From the IMG/VR virus record IMGVR_UViG_3300048886_001579, positions 432 to 64,431 of that record: a stretch of 64,000 nucleotides of DNA; one strand, 5' to 3'. The notes under the pieces are model-generated. The model searched no databases. It was not told the DNA's origin and saw nothing but the letters and a program-made list of their open reading frames with translations. The position numbers were made by a program, and so were the translations under genes. The stretch is from a virus (lineage: Duplodnaviria; Caudoviricetes). Positions 26,484 to 36,491 of this stretch are shown here, piece after piece. The stretch's first letter is position 1. Each line of letters opens with the position of its first letter.

Positions 26484-27480
26484 ATAGAAATTTCTCCTGA
26501 CAATATTCGTCAATTTTTTTCATAATATCTTCAGTAAAATGTTTTTCTGGATTCGTCATGATTTGCTTACCAAACAATTTTGTTCCATCAGGTAATTCAA
26601 AACGGGTAGAAACTTTTTTAAACAATTCTGCTTCTTCAGCAAGTTCCAACATACCATGCCAACGATCCAATCCTTTATTATAAGTTACTAATGCATCAAC
26701 CATTTTATTTTCTACTGTTAGTCTAGATTTATGGTTTTTGCAATGAATAATATTACCTATTACTTCTGTACCTTCTTTTTCTTTTCTTTTTGAAAGAAAT
26801 ACAATATTACTTGAAGCATAATAAAGACCAGTACCACCACCCATAATTTGCTGTGGAAACATCACACCAATTTGACTATAAGTATGATTTGTAATTAATA
26901 CAGGAACTTTTGCTTTACTTGCTTTAAGTGTTAATACTCTAAATGTTCCTTTTACAAGTGCGGCTCTTGTCATATCTTTTGTCTCTTTACCATCTGCAAC
27001 ATCTCCCACCTCTTTTGAAGTAGATAACATACCAAGACTATCAAGACATATCATCAAAGGCTTTCTATCTTCACTAGCAAGGTGTTTATCAAGAACCTTT
27101 GTAACTTGATATGCAAACTCTTGAATTGTAGCAACTGGTAACATAACCATACGAGTAGTATCTATTTTTCGTTGCTCAATCATTTGTTTTGTTATAGCGG
27201 ATTCAGACTCAAAATAAAGAACGCCACCAGTAGGATTGTCCTCCAAAAATTGTTTGACAATACCGAGAACAAAGAATGTCTTCCCAGTTGCACTTTCTCC
27301 AGCGAATGCTGTAATTTTGTTTGAGGCCAAGCCTCCATATATTGACCCACTAAGTAAAGCATTAAAAGCATAACTGCCAGTATCAATGAAAGATTCGACA
27401 TCACCTGCTTCAATACCATCTGAAACCAATCCAGCATATTCATTGCCAACCTCCTTAATTATTTCTTTCAAAAAATCCAT
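26425..27480 (-). CDS. uvsX: RecA-like recombinase UvsX
   Basis: [28 protein letters not shown]. Confidence 0.95.
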   Translation of the reverse strand: MDFLKEIIKEVGNEYAGLVSDGIEAGDVESFIDTGSYAFNALLSGSIYGGLASNKITAFAGESATGKTFFVLGIVKQFLEDNPTGGVLYFESESAITKQMIEQRKIDTTRMVMLPVATIQEFAYQVTKVLDKHLASEDRKPLMICLDSLGMLSTSKEVGDVADGKETKDMTRAALVKGTFRVLTLKASKAKVPVLITNHTYSQIGVMFPQQIMGGGTGLYYASSNIVFLSKRKEKEGTEVIGNIIHCKNHKSRLTVENKMVDALVTYNKGLDRWHGMLELAEEAELFKKVSTRFELPDGTKLFGKQIMTNPEKHFTEDIMKKIDEYCQEKFLYGTTKGNEEVVQDGEESSE

Positions 27481-27489
27481 TATAACTCC

Positions 27490-30003
27490 TTAAATAAAAA
27501 AATCTTCAAGTGTACTTCTTTTTTCAGGTTCCCACCCAACACAGTTTAATATAGTTTTTAGTGGTTCTAAAAAAGACTTTTCAAATTGCATATTATAGTT
27601 TATATATTGATGTAATCCAAATTCTGAAGGTAATACTGTTCCCATACTGATTACAGTATCCCCTACAGGATTTGGTTCTTTGAGATAAGAAAATTTAATC
27701 TTTTCTCCTTCCTGAATGATTTGATATTTCTTTGTAAGTTTATGTTCTTTTAATAACTTATTGTGTATAATCGTACCCTTTACATGTATAGGAGTACCTT
27801 TCTTATATAATAGCACACTATCACTATATTTGTCAATTCCCTTAACTGATCTTGGAAATGCAATATCTTCTGGAGGAAGAGTTTTAAACGATTCTTTAAA
27901 TTCTTCAATAAATTTCTGCATTTGATCTTCGGTACCATTCATGAGAATATCAAAAGATTGTTTTAATTTATCCCTACAAACCGCTGGAGTTGAAGATTTA
28001 ACAGATTCTAATCCCATTACTTTTAATTTGGGTTTAGCATACTGTACTCCTTCGCTATTATGAACATTCATAATATAATGTTTCTTACCAGTCCAAACCG
28101 CTTTATCTGCTAGAACTTCTCTAGACATATTCATTTTTTGTTCAAATGCATTCATATATACATGCAATCGATTAAATGACTTGTTTATACATTCTTGTAT
28201 TTTTGTTTCACATACCTTATCTAAAAATTTAATAATTTTTTCTTTATCACTTGTATCAGTAAAAACAGATTTAACTAAATCATCTAAACCTAGATAAATC
28301 GAATCAGTATCAGCGGCTATAATATAATCTTTATTTTCTGTTTTGAGAATTTTATTCAAATATCGATTAACATCATTCTCAACCCATCTAATTGAAAGCT
28401 GTCCACCAGTCGTAATAGCCGTTGCTTGTCTTTCATCATAAAATCTAAAATATTGATTACCTAAAGCACCATAAGCAGAATTAAGTTGAATCTTTCTTGC
28501 CATCTGCATATTATTTAATCTTGAAACCTCTTTAATAAGTCGTAATCTATCCAATCCATCGGTTTCTGTTTCTAATTCTTGTTGTGCCTTGAGCATATCT
28601 TTTTTAAACTTTTTTCGTTCTGCATACATTCTTTCCATCATTTCTGGAAGAAATCCTTGATGCTCATTTGAAAAATGAAATCCATTAGCTCCTATACAGA
28701 TATCTTCAGTTTTAGCATAATCAGTACTAACTTCTTCGTTTAAAAGATTTTCAACTGATAATGATTTTTGAGGAAACTTTGTAAGTAGTGTTTCTGGAGA
28801 AATATTATATTGCATAATTAAATGTGGATATAGACTATCTAAATCAAAACTAGCAACCCACTCATACATTCCAGGAATAGGTTCTTTAACATAAGCGCCT
28901 ATATAAGGTCTATCTTTTATTGAGTCTTTCTTAGGAGGAAGCTGTATACCTTTATTTCTTAATTCATTATAAATTAAAGTATCCCACATTCTAACTTGTG
29001 TATAAACATCTGTATAATTTACTTTGGCATCATATGCTAATACAATAGCCATTTCAATTAATTTCATTTTATCATCTAATTTATTAACAAGCTCAACATC
29101 TTTTACATTATACTCTATAAATTTCTGATAATCTTCTTTCCAAAGAGTATGTAATGAACCATATTCAGAATAATCTAATTTTCTTTCACCCAATTCAACA
29201 TGAGCAATGTGATCTAATCTATAAGATTCTTGATTCTTATAAGTAAATTTTCGAAATAAATCTAAATAATCAAGAGTTGCAACACCCATAAGCTCATATG
29301 CTTGTTGCTGTTTTGCTCCCCCGAAACCCATCACCGTTCTCTCACTTACAAACTGCCAAGGCGATAAATCATAATAAAATGATTCGTCAAATAACAAATT
29401 CATTCTATTTACAAGATATGGTATATCAAAAAACTTAATATTCCAACCAGTAACAATGTCTATATCTTGCTTGGACCACAATGATATAAATTCTTGAAGT
29501 AAATGTAATTCATTTTCACATTCAAAATATTCAACATCATTCCTATGAACTTTATATTCACCACATCCAAAAACATAATATTTTCCATTTAAAGAAATAG
29601 TTATTGCGGTAACAGGTTCAGGAGCAGTTTCAGGATTAGGAAACCCATTTTCCGAACCAGTTTCTATATCAATATTCGCAACTGTTATTTTGCTTAAATC
29701 GTAGTTTATTTGATCAGGAAAATTATCTGCAATAAAAGTATAATGATAATTTGTGTTTCCATAAATTTTAAAATTATCTACACCTTCATATTTTTTTATA
29801 AAATCTCTTGTTTGTCTAATATTGCCACAGTCAACAGGGGCAAGACATTTTCCTTCAAGAGTTCTATATTCGGTGGGTTCTGGTGAGTTGATGAATAGAG
29901 TTGGATTATAATCCAACTTTTTTTTGAAATGAATGCCGTTAGAATCTATTCCTCTATAATAGATTTTACCGCCCCAATTTTGTACATTTGTATAAAAGGT
30001 CAT
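27490..30003 (-). CDS. 43: Family B DNA polymerase (T4 gp43)
   Basis: DIET exonuclease motif, SFDLDSLYPH, KIQLNSAYG, AADTDS. Confidence 0.97.
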   Translation of the reverse strand: MTFYTNVQNWGGKIYYRGIDSNGIHFKKKLDYNPTLFINSPEPTEYRTLEGKCLAPVDCGNIRQTRDFIKKYEGVDNFKIYGNTNYHYTFIADNFPDQINYDLSKITVANIDIETGSENGFPNPETAPEPVTAITISLNGKYYVFGCGEYKVHRNDVEYFECENELHLLQEFISLWSKQDIDIVTGWNIKFFDIPYLVNRMNLLFDESFYYDLSPWQFVSERTVMGFGGAKQQQAYELMGVATLDYLDLFRKFTYKNQESYRLDHIAHVELGERKLDYSEYGSLHTLWKEDYQKFIEYNVKDVELVNKLDDKMKLIEMAIVLAYDAKVNYTDVYTQVRMWDTLIYNELRNKGIQLPPKKDSIKDRPYIGAYVKEPIPGMYEWVASFDLDSLYPHLIMQYNISPETLLTKFPQKSLSVENLLNEEVSTDYAKTEDICIGANGFHFSNEHQGFLPEMMERMYAERKKFKKDMLKAQQELETETDGLDRLRLIKEVSRLNNMQMARKIQLNSAYGALGNQYFRFYDERQATAITTGGQLSIRWVENDVNRYLNKILKTENKDYIIAADTDSIYLGLDDLVKSVFTDTSDKEKIIKFLDKVCETKIQECINKSFNRLHVYMNAFEQKMNMSREVLADKAVWTGKKHYIMNVHNSEGVQYAKPKLKVMGLESVKSSTPAVCRDKLKQSFDILMNGTEDQMQKFIEEFKESFKTLPPEDIAFPRSVKGIDKYSDSVLLYKKGTPIHVKGTIIHNKLLKEHKLTKKYQIIQEGEKIKFSYLKEPNPVGDTVISMGTVLPSEFGLHQYINYNMQFEKSFLEPLKTILNCVGWEPEKRSTLEDFFI

Positions 30004-30059
30004 CTAGTGAATTTATTATGCCAAGATTTATCGTAATTACTATCTAATTTATCTAAATT

Positions 30060-30088
30060 AGTATAACACAATATAATATGATTGTCAA
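30060..30088 (-). promoter_or_regulatory. Sigma70-type promoter TTGACA-17-TATACT upstream of gene 43
   Basis: Direct motif match. Confidence 0.75.
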
Positions 30089-30160
30089 TCCACGCTTTTT
30101 TATGAACTAATAAATGAAGCACAAATAATAATTGTAAGTAACACTTCCAGTAAAATGCTT

Positions 30161-30625
30161 TTACGGCTTCCATGGCAGATATTTGCCTTTTGTGTGTTTA
30201 TTGATTATAATGGAATTTTTGCGACCTGTTCCATCTGCTTTATAAGAACAATGCACCCAACCACTATTGGGATCTCCCTCTGGATCAAAATATTCTAAAA
30301 TAAGTTGATCATAATCTAAATTATTATAAACCCATTTTGCTAAATCATGGTTTGACACACCATTAATTTCAAAATCTGCGGCCTCTCCTTTTGCATGTTG
30401 AGATTTTGCAGAACTTCCTACCGCTAAACACAATTTAACTGATCTATATCCAGAATTAATTCTTATTGCTTTTCCAAAATGATCTCTTACAGGTTGTAAA
30501 ATATTATTACAAACATTTGTCAAATTTATTACTTCCTCTAAACCAGGAGTATTGTCTATATTTTTTCTAATAGCGGTATCAGAAAAAGTCATTTCTTTAA
30601 ATGAAAAATTTTTGGTGAGTTTCAT
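30161..30625 (-). CDS. Peptidase M15 family (endolysin-like)
   Basis: INSGYRS, SQHAKGEAADF, WVHCS. Confidence 0.9.
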   Translation of the reverse strand: MKLTKNFSFKEMTFSDTAIRKNIDNTPGLEEVINLTNVCNNILQPVRDHFGKAIRINSGYRSVKLCLAVGSSAKSQHAKGEAADFEINGVSNHDLAKWVYNNLDYDQLILEYFDPEGDPNSGWVHCSYKADGTGRKNSIIINKHTKGKYLPWKP

Positions 30626-30638
30626 CGTATTGAATCCT

Positions 30639-30670
30639 AAAAAAAAGGAGGCCATTTCATGGCCCCCCCC
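30639..30670 (-). terminator. Rho-independent terminator after hsp20
   Basis: GGGGGCCAT-GAA-ATGGCCTCC followed by U8. Confidence 0.85.
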
Positions 30671-30695
30671 TTATCTGTGTTAAGTTGTTATTTTT

Positions 30696-31163
30696 TTACA
30701 CAACTTTGTGATCAACCACTTTCACGCCATCATCTATATCAATTCTACGAGGTCTTTTTTCCTCAGGGATAATCCGTTCAAGCTGAACTTTAAGCAAGCC
30801 ATTGAACAAATCTGCACCCTTTACAATGACATCATCAGCAAGATTAAATCTTCGGGTAAAGACTCGCTTGGCGATTCCATGATGTAAATAACCTTCATCA
30901 TTTTGTTTTTCGTTTGGAACTGTTTTTATAGTAAGTGTTCCGTCTGTAAGTTCTATGTCTAGGTCGTCTTTAACAAATCCCGCAAGGGCAAGTTCGATCA
31001 CATAATCTGTGTCGGTCACTTTGCGAATATTATAAGGAGGATATCCTTGTGAACTATTCGCTAAAAAAGCATCATCAAATAGACGATTAAAAAAAGAATC
31101 AAACCCTACTGATGTTGAAAGTGAGCGATTAAATTCTTCGATAGTTTTTGGTACTAGATACAT
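30696..31163 (-). CDS. hsp20: Small heat shock protein Hsp20/IbpA
   Basis: YPPYNI, IELALAGF, YLHHGIAKRVFTRRF, NGLLKV; GGAG RBS before ATG 31163. Confidence 0.93.
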   Translation of the reverse strand: MYLVPKTIEEFNRSLSTSVGFDSFFNRLFDDAFLANSSQGYPPYNIRKVTDTDYVIELALAGFVKDDLDIELTDGTLTIKTVPNEKQNDEGYLHHGIAKRVFTRRFNLADDVIVKGADLFNGLLKVQLERIIPEEKRPRRIDIDDGVKVVDHKVV

Positions 31164-31271
31164 ATTATCTCCTTTTATAGGCAGATTATTAATTAATCCT
31201 CTGCAATAAAGCCAGAGGGATGTTGCTGATTGCAACAAATGAGAGTTTCATTTTTCACTCCCATAAGAACT

Positions 31272-31300
31272 ATTATACACTTATATATATGTTTTGTCAA
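31272..31300 (-). promoter_or_regulatory. Perfect sigma70 promoter TTGACA-17-TATAAT upstream of hsp20
   Basis: Direct motif match. Confidence 0.85.
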
Positions 31301-31841
31301 GGGCTGATAAATATACTTTTTCTAATTTTTTTGATTTATCATATTTCCAATCATAATATTCTCCATCTTTTTCAACCCAAGAATAAAAAGAATATAATGC
31401 ATTATTAGCTATTGGAGTAATTCTACCATGAACGTTTTTATTACCTTCATAACAAATACTTGTTCCCGTTTCTGTCATAAAAGCCTCTTCTTCAACATAT
31501 ATTTTCCATGGTTTGCCATAATGACAATGAGACAAAATAATTTCACAAGAAGGTCTATCTTTATGAAAATTTAATTTACTTCCTTCAAAATACATTCTTG
31601 TAAAACAAAAAGTGGGTATTAATTCTTTATTTAAAATCTTTGAAACAAAAGGTGTAATTTTTGAATGAAACATAATCGACAGATAATCACAATAAAAATT
31701 ATATCCTATATAATCTAATTTATGATCACGAATTGGTGTCATTTTTAATGAAGAAGGATTCTTCATCGCATGATCAACTTTTTGAGAAAAATAATTATAA
31801 ATTAAATCATCATCTATTATATCTTTTAAATCAATAATCAT
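31281..31841 (-). CDS. 2OG-Fe(II) oxygenase-like protein
   Basis: FHKDRPSCE (HxD) and distal HGR. Confidence 0.75.
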   Translation of the reverse strand: MIIDLKDIIDDDLIYNYFSQKVDHAMKNPSSLKMTPIRDHKLDYIGYNFYCDYLSIMFHSKITPFVSKILNKELIPTFCFTRMYFEGSKLNFHKDRPSCEIILSHCHYGKPWKIYVEEEAFMTETGTSICYEGNKNVHGRITPIANNALYSFYSWVEKDGEYYDWKYDKSKKLEKVYLSALDKTYI

Positions 31842-32362
31842 TGTCCAGTAGATCCAAATCCGCCACTTCTATTCGTTTTTTGTTTCGGTCGTTTGTTTAA
31901 AAGTTTAATCTGAAAATCTTCTACTTTACGTACTTCTGCTTGTGCAATTCTATCACCATGATCAATTTGAATAGGAGTATGTGATACATTTATCATAATA
32001 CAATTACATTCTTCTACATAATCTTCATCAACAATCCCCACATTATTTGCAGTAATTAACCCCTTTTTCAATGCATTACCAGAACGAGGATGAACTTTAA
32101 CATAATATCCTACAGGAATATCAAAAATTATTCCTGTAGGTATTAAATATCTCCAATGCGGTAACATAGATAGAGAGTTATTTTTTATGAGAATTTCTTT
32201 TTTATGATTGGAATGATTATATGCAAGTACTTTTGTATGTGATTTAAGATATGCTTTCAAGTCAAAACATGCTGACTTTTCAGTTGCTAATGATGGTACT
32301 TCAACATCATCATATAAACAGAAAATTCCTAAAGTTTCTTGCAATTCAAGGGCGTCATTCAT
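31838..32362 (-). CDS. dut: dUTPase
   Basis: ACFDLKA, PRSG, GIVDEDY, RIAQ, RSGGFGSTG. Confidence 0.95.
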   Translation of the reverse strand: MNDALELQETLGIFCLYDDVEVPSLATEKSACFDLKAYLKSHTKVLAYNHSNHKKEILIKNNSLSMLPHWRYLIPTGIIFDIPVGYYVKVHPRSGNALKKGLITANNVGIVDEDYVEECNCIMINVSHTPIQIDHGDRIAQAEVRKVEDFQIKLLNKRPKQKTNRSGGFGSTGQ

Positions 32363-32772
32363 TATGATTTTTTGCCAATATTATACTTCGGAGTTAAAGT
32401 CCACTCTTCTTTCTCGGAAAAAGAAAGTATTTTTAATTGATTTAGGGGTAAAGAAGGATCTTTTGTTTTTTCTGAATCTACTAATTTTACAAGACTCCAT
32501 TCTTCTAAAAGATTTGATATTGTATTCCTTCTAGCAATATCTGTTTCTGAAAAATTATAAGGCTTACCATCAAGAGCGAATAGCTCTTTGAAATGCACTA
32601 TATAATATTTACTTTGTTTGTGTAAAATGTGGCAAGACTGATAAAGAGTTTTTTCTTTTCTACTAGCAACACCAATACGAGTTAATGTTTCTTTTACTTT
32701 TAGAAAATCGTCACTCTCTTTTAGGGTAATTTCTACCATTTCACTAATGTCATACATTTGTGTTCCTTTCAC
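32362..32772 (-). CDS. regA: Translational repressor RegA
   Basis: FLKVKETLTRIGVASRK..LYQSCHILHKQ..YYIVHFKELF. Confidence 0.97.
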   Translation of the reverse strand: MKGTQMYDISEMVEITLKESDDFLKVKETLTRIGVASRKEKTLYQSCHILHKQSKYYIVHFKELFALDGKPYNFSETDIARRNTISNLLEEWSLVKLVDSEKTKDPSLPLNQLKILSFSEKEEWTLTPKYNIGKKS

Positions 32773-33148
32773 CGCCCGTATCTAATTTTTCTTTTAATTG
32801 ACTAATTTCTTCCACGGAATGCAAAGACAAAACTTCTCTTGCTCTTTGTACATTATATCCATAATAATCCATGATCACCTTGATGTTTTCGTCTTCCTCT
32901 GGTTTTAACCATTTCGGAAAACGTTTATTCCGTCTGATTGTATTTATTAAATAGTCAAATTGTAGTTTCTTATCAGTATTAGGACGAATATTCATTTCAT
33001 TCGCATAAATGACTGTATCTATTGTATAAGATAGTCCTTTATTAACAATGAAAGGTAAATATTGTTTTTCAACCTGATGATCAACATCATCGATCATCAG
33101 GTTCTTTTTACCATAATTTATATCGTTTAAAAAATCAAAAGGAGTCAT
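32750..33148 (-). CDS. 62: Clamp loader small subunit (gp62)
   Basis: PFIVNKGLS...QFDYLIN.IR...FPKW; synteny with regA. Confidence 0.9.
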   Translation of the reverse strand: MTPFDFLNDINYGKKNLMIDDVDHQVEKQYLPFIVNKGLSYTIDTVIYANEMNIRPNTDKKLQFDYLINTIRRNKRFPKWLKPEEDENIKVIMDYYGYNVQRAREVLSLHSVEEISQLKEKLDTGGERNTNV

Positions 33149-34233
33149 TTTTCTGGTACAATTGGTAATTGTGGTTTTTGCATCAATTGATACATTGCAT
33201 CAGCATTGACAGGAAAAACCTTTAAAGGAACATCTACTTTCAAATATCTTCTTTTTCGTATAACAGTTAAAGTAATACTTTCTCCCACATTATATTTGGC
33301 TATTTCATCAGAAAATTGTACCTGACCATTAGTCATTATATCATTTATTGCAATAATAGTATCAAATTTTTTTACTCCTTTAGGATTTTTATCTGATCTT
33401 ACAAATATTCCATAAGTATTTGGAAGAAAATTTTCTTTAAGTTTGGGAAAATCTTTTAATATTCTTTTTCTTGCTTTTTGATTAACCAGCTCCATAATCA
33501 TAATACCAATTGCTGGTCTATCAACCCTTCCAATAGATAGCATAGATGAAACAGATTTTTTTGCAATATCTCCTCTAATTGCTAATCCTATTCCCGCATT
33601 TTCAGAAATTTTAGAAACAATTAATGCATTAATACCCACAATTTCCCCCTTCATATTCATAAGAGGACCACCAGAATTTCCTTTATTAATTGCAGAATCA
33701 GTTTGAATTGCTTTAATAAAAGGATGTCTTGCATATCTTTCAGTACTAGAAACAATTCCTTTAGTTACAGTCCACGCCATACCCATAGGATGCCCCAATG
33801 CAAATACATCAGTTCCTGATGATATGTTATCCAAATTTTTTGCAAATTCAAGATGTGGAATTGGTTCTTCCTTTTCTAGAACCTGAAGTATTGCTAAATC
33901 CGCAAGCGGATCCATACCTATAACATTTACATCATAATTAGACCAATCATTCTCATCATAGTAAAATAATTTTATATACTTTTGTTTGAAAATACAATGA
34001 AAATTTGTAAGAACATGTCCAATATCATCTATAACAACACCAGAACACAATCCTGATAGTGTTGGATTTGTTTCTGGATCGACATTAGGATTCGTAGACA
34101 GTAATACTACAGATTCTTTTACCCTTTCAATAACTGTTCCGAAATTAATATTTTCTGTAGCTGATATGTTAATCGGCACAAGTGAAAAAATAACAAAAAA
34201 ACATATCAAGCCATAATACTTGATGTTTTTCAT
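33145..34233 (-). CDS. Exported HtrA/DegP-like serine protease with PDZ-like C-terminus
   Basis: Signal peptide; LTNFH, DLAIL, IQTDSAINKGNSGGPL catalytic triad. Confidence 0.9.
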   Translation of the reverse strand: MKNIKYYGLICFFVIFSLVPINISATENINFGTVIERVKESVVLLSTNPNVDPETNPTLSGLCSGVVIDDIGHVLTNFHCIFKQKYIKLFYYDENDWSNYDVNVIGMDPLADLAILQVLEKEEPIPHLEFAKNLDNISSGTDVFALGHPMGMAWTVTKGIVSSTERYARHPFIKAIQTDSAINKGNSGGPLMNMKGEIVGINALIVSKISENAGIGLAIRGDIAKKSVSSMLSIGRVDRPAIGIMIMELVNQKARKRILKDFPKLKENFLPNTYGIFVRSDKNPKGVKKFDTIIAINDIMTNGQVQFSDEIAKYNVGESITLTVIRKRRYLKVDVPLKVFPVNADAMYQLMQKPQLPIVPEK

Positions 34234-34235
34234 TT

Positions 34236-34784
34236 TTATCCTTGAAAAATTGTTTGAGGAGCCATATCAGATTCTTCCCGCTTTCGGTCAGGTGACTCTG
34301 GTGAATCTTCCACTTCCCCATTTGTTGAATTATCTGGTACCAATGGTACTGTTAAAATTTCTGAACTTCCTTCAGCAGTAAAAAATTTTGACAAGGTTTT
34401 TTCATCTCTAACACATTCAAATGCTTTATTCATAAAAAGAGTACCTATAAACTCTCCATCAAAAACTTTTTTACGATATTCTTCTGCTTCAAATACATTT
34501 CTAATTTTATCCATAACACAAAAACAATGTGTTAACATTTCTCTGGAAGATTCTAATCCAGGAGGAACACCATAAAGAGAAGGATGGCTTAATATTATCC
34601 ATTTTACAGTTCCTTGATAACATGCGTTTGTTGTATCATATATTAATTGTGTTGTCCATTCTGTTAATACGATATTTGGATTAGGGTCTTTAAAAGTGTC
34701 TTCTGCTTTTAATACCTTTCCTACACCCACCAAAATAAAAAACAATCCAAACCAAAATAACAATTGTAGAAAAATATTTTTCAT
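34236..34784 (-). CDS. Exported or membrane-anchored hypothetical protein with 4 Cys
   Basis: N-terminal hydrophobic segment; AAGGA RBS. Confidence 0.7.
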   Translation of the reverse strand: MKNIFLQLLFWFGLFFILVGVGKVLKAEDTFKDPNPNIVLTEWTTQLIYDTTNACYQGTVKWIILSHPSLYGVPPGLESSREMLTHCFCVMDKIRNVFEAEEYRKKVFDGEFIGTLFMNKAFECVRDEKTLSKFFTAEGSSEILTVPLVPDNSTNGEVEDSPESPDRKREESDMAPQTIFQG

Positions 34785-34792
34785 ATTATTCC

Positions 34793-35734
34793 TTAACTAA
34801 ATTGACATTCCACCATTATCTCTACAAGACATGCGACTAAATTTAATTCATGATCTGCGGCAAATGCAGACTTATATTGTGAATCTGCTAAAATTAATAC
34901 TAATTGAGGTATTGAAGTTACTTGTATATATTTTTCTGCAACATCATATATTTTTCTATAAATTTTTTGTGGATCATTGTCTAAATTATCAACAACCCAT
35001 TTTCGTACCTCATTAAATTTTTTGTTTTTCATATGATTCATAAGTTCAGACAAATCCATATCAGAGATTTGGGATAGTATACCCGAATCTATGCTTTCAT
35101 ATTTAGAATATTTTTGGAGTTCGTTTAATACTCGGCGATAATCGGGAAAGTGTTTCATCAACACTTCGGCGACCACTTTCTTATCATAATTTACTTTTTC
35201 TTGATCTAGGATAGTATAAAGTCTTTTTCCGAAATTCGATCCAACATTTAACTTCTCTTCTTTATTTATACGAAAGTCAATTGTTTGGCATCTAGAATGA
35301 AGAGGCTCAATAATTCGATTAATATAATTACATGTCATTATAAATGAACAATGTTTTTCGAATTCTTCAATAAAAGACCTTAAGGCGGGTTGAGTAGATT
35401 GGGGATTTAAATAATCTGCTTCATCGAGTATAACAACTTTTCTTTTACCATCAAAACTGACAGTTGATGCATACCCTCTAATTTTAGTGCGTAAAACATC
35501 AATACCAGATTCTTCAGAACCATTTATCATAAGAAAATCACACCCCACTTCATTACAAAGTGCTTTCGCAACGGTCGTTTTACCCATACCAGGACCGCCA
35601 GAAAGAATCATATTAGGAATACGACCTTCCGATGATATCTGTTGAAAAATTGATTTTATTCTATCAGGAAGTATACACTCATCTATTGTTTTAGGTCTAT
35701 ACTTTTCGACCCATAAAAAAGATTCTCCAAACAT
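34793..35734 (-). CDS. 44: Clamp loader large subunit (gp44)
   Basis: WVEKYRP, GPGMGKTT, ILDEAD, SRC. Confidence 0.96.
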   Translation of the reverse strand: MFGESFLWVEKYRPKTIDECILPDRIKSIFQQISSEGRIPNMILSGGPGMGKTTVAKALCNEVGCDFLMINGSEESGIDVLRTKIRGYASTVSFDGKRKVVILDEADYLNPQSTQPALRSFIEEFEKHCSFIMTCNYINRIIEPLHSRCQTIDFRINKEEKLNVGSNFGKRLYTILDQEKVNYDKKVVAEVLMKHFPDYRRVLNELQKYSKYESIDSGILSQISDMDLSELMNHMKNKKFNEVRKWVVDNLDNDPQKIYRKIYDVAEKYIQVTSIPQLVLILADSQYKSAFAADHELNLVACLVEIMVECQFS

Positions 35735-35755
35735 TTATTATCCATAATATACATA

Positions 35756-36433
35756 TTAATCTTCAAATACAGAATTTGCTAATTCAATAGCAACAAAATA
35801 TTCTATAACATCATCAGAACTAAGAAATTTAGATAACCCCTTTTTCGATAAAGAGACACTATAATTTTTAGCCATCAACTTTGTAATATTTTCAAACTTG
35901 AAAACAAATTTGAAATTTTTATCAGTCTCACCGACTACTTGTTCGGAAGAAGTTTCATTAGTTTGTGAATCCAATGCAGAAATAGTTATATCAGCACCAT
36001 TGCCTATAATACCTATTTCAGGAAGTGATAAAACACTAGCTTGTTTAATTGTAAAATCCAACGCATCAGAATTAAGAACAAAGTTAACATCTTCAGAAGG
36101 AAGTGAAATTTCTTTTCCTTCTGGTGGTCTTACAATAAGTTCAGGATCACAAACCCAATATTTAACATTTCTTTTATTTTTCTTGTCTTCGATAACAATA
36201 TACTTGTCTTCAAATTCAACTTCAGGATATTCGAATAAAGAATATGAACCGAGCATTTTTGTTATGTCATATATACCAAAATTTGTTGGTATTTCTTCTA
36301 TAATATTAGCTTTCGCTAAAATTGCTTTAGTGGGAGCAACTGTTCTGATTACTTTTCCCTGTTCAAAGAAAATACCACTATTGATATTAGCAAAATTTTT
36401 CAAAACAGAAACCGTTTGGTCACTTAATTTCAT
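35756..36433 (-). CDS. 45: Sliding clamp (gp45)
   Basis: MKLS..TV.VLKNFANINSGI, FGIYD; synteny. Confidence 0.93.
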   Translation of the reverse strand: MKLSDQTVSVLKNFANINSGIFFEQGKVIRTVAPTKAILAKANIIEEIPTNFGIYDITKMLGSYSLFEYPEVEFEDKYIVIEDKKNKRNVKYWVCDPELIVRPPEGKEISLPSEDVNFVLNSDALDFTIKQASVLSLPEIGIIGNGADITISALDSQTNETSSEQVVGETDKNFKFVFKFENITKLMAKNYSVSLSKKGLSKFLSSDDVIEYFVAIELANSVFED

Positions 36434-36462
36434 AATTTTTCTCTATTAATTGTTTAATTATT

Positions 36463-36491
36463 ATTATACTATACTTTATAATATATGTCAA
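36463..36491 (-). promoter_or_regulatory. Perfect sigma70 promoter TTGACA-17-TATAAT upstream of gene 45
   Basis: Direct motif match. Confidence 0.85.

Noticed and set aside
6002-30003. Inteins, group I introns or homing endonucleases in nrdJ, 41, uvsX or 43
   Set aside because: All are continuous ORFs of ordinary length with no splice-junction or LAGLIDADG/HNH/GIY-YIG motifs seen
30000-30173. 57-aa ORF between the M15 peptidase and gene 43
   Set aside because: No RBS, and it runs through the gene 43 promoter; likely a chance ORF despite the ATGA overlap
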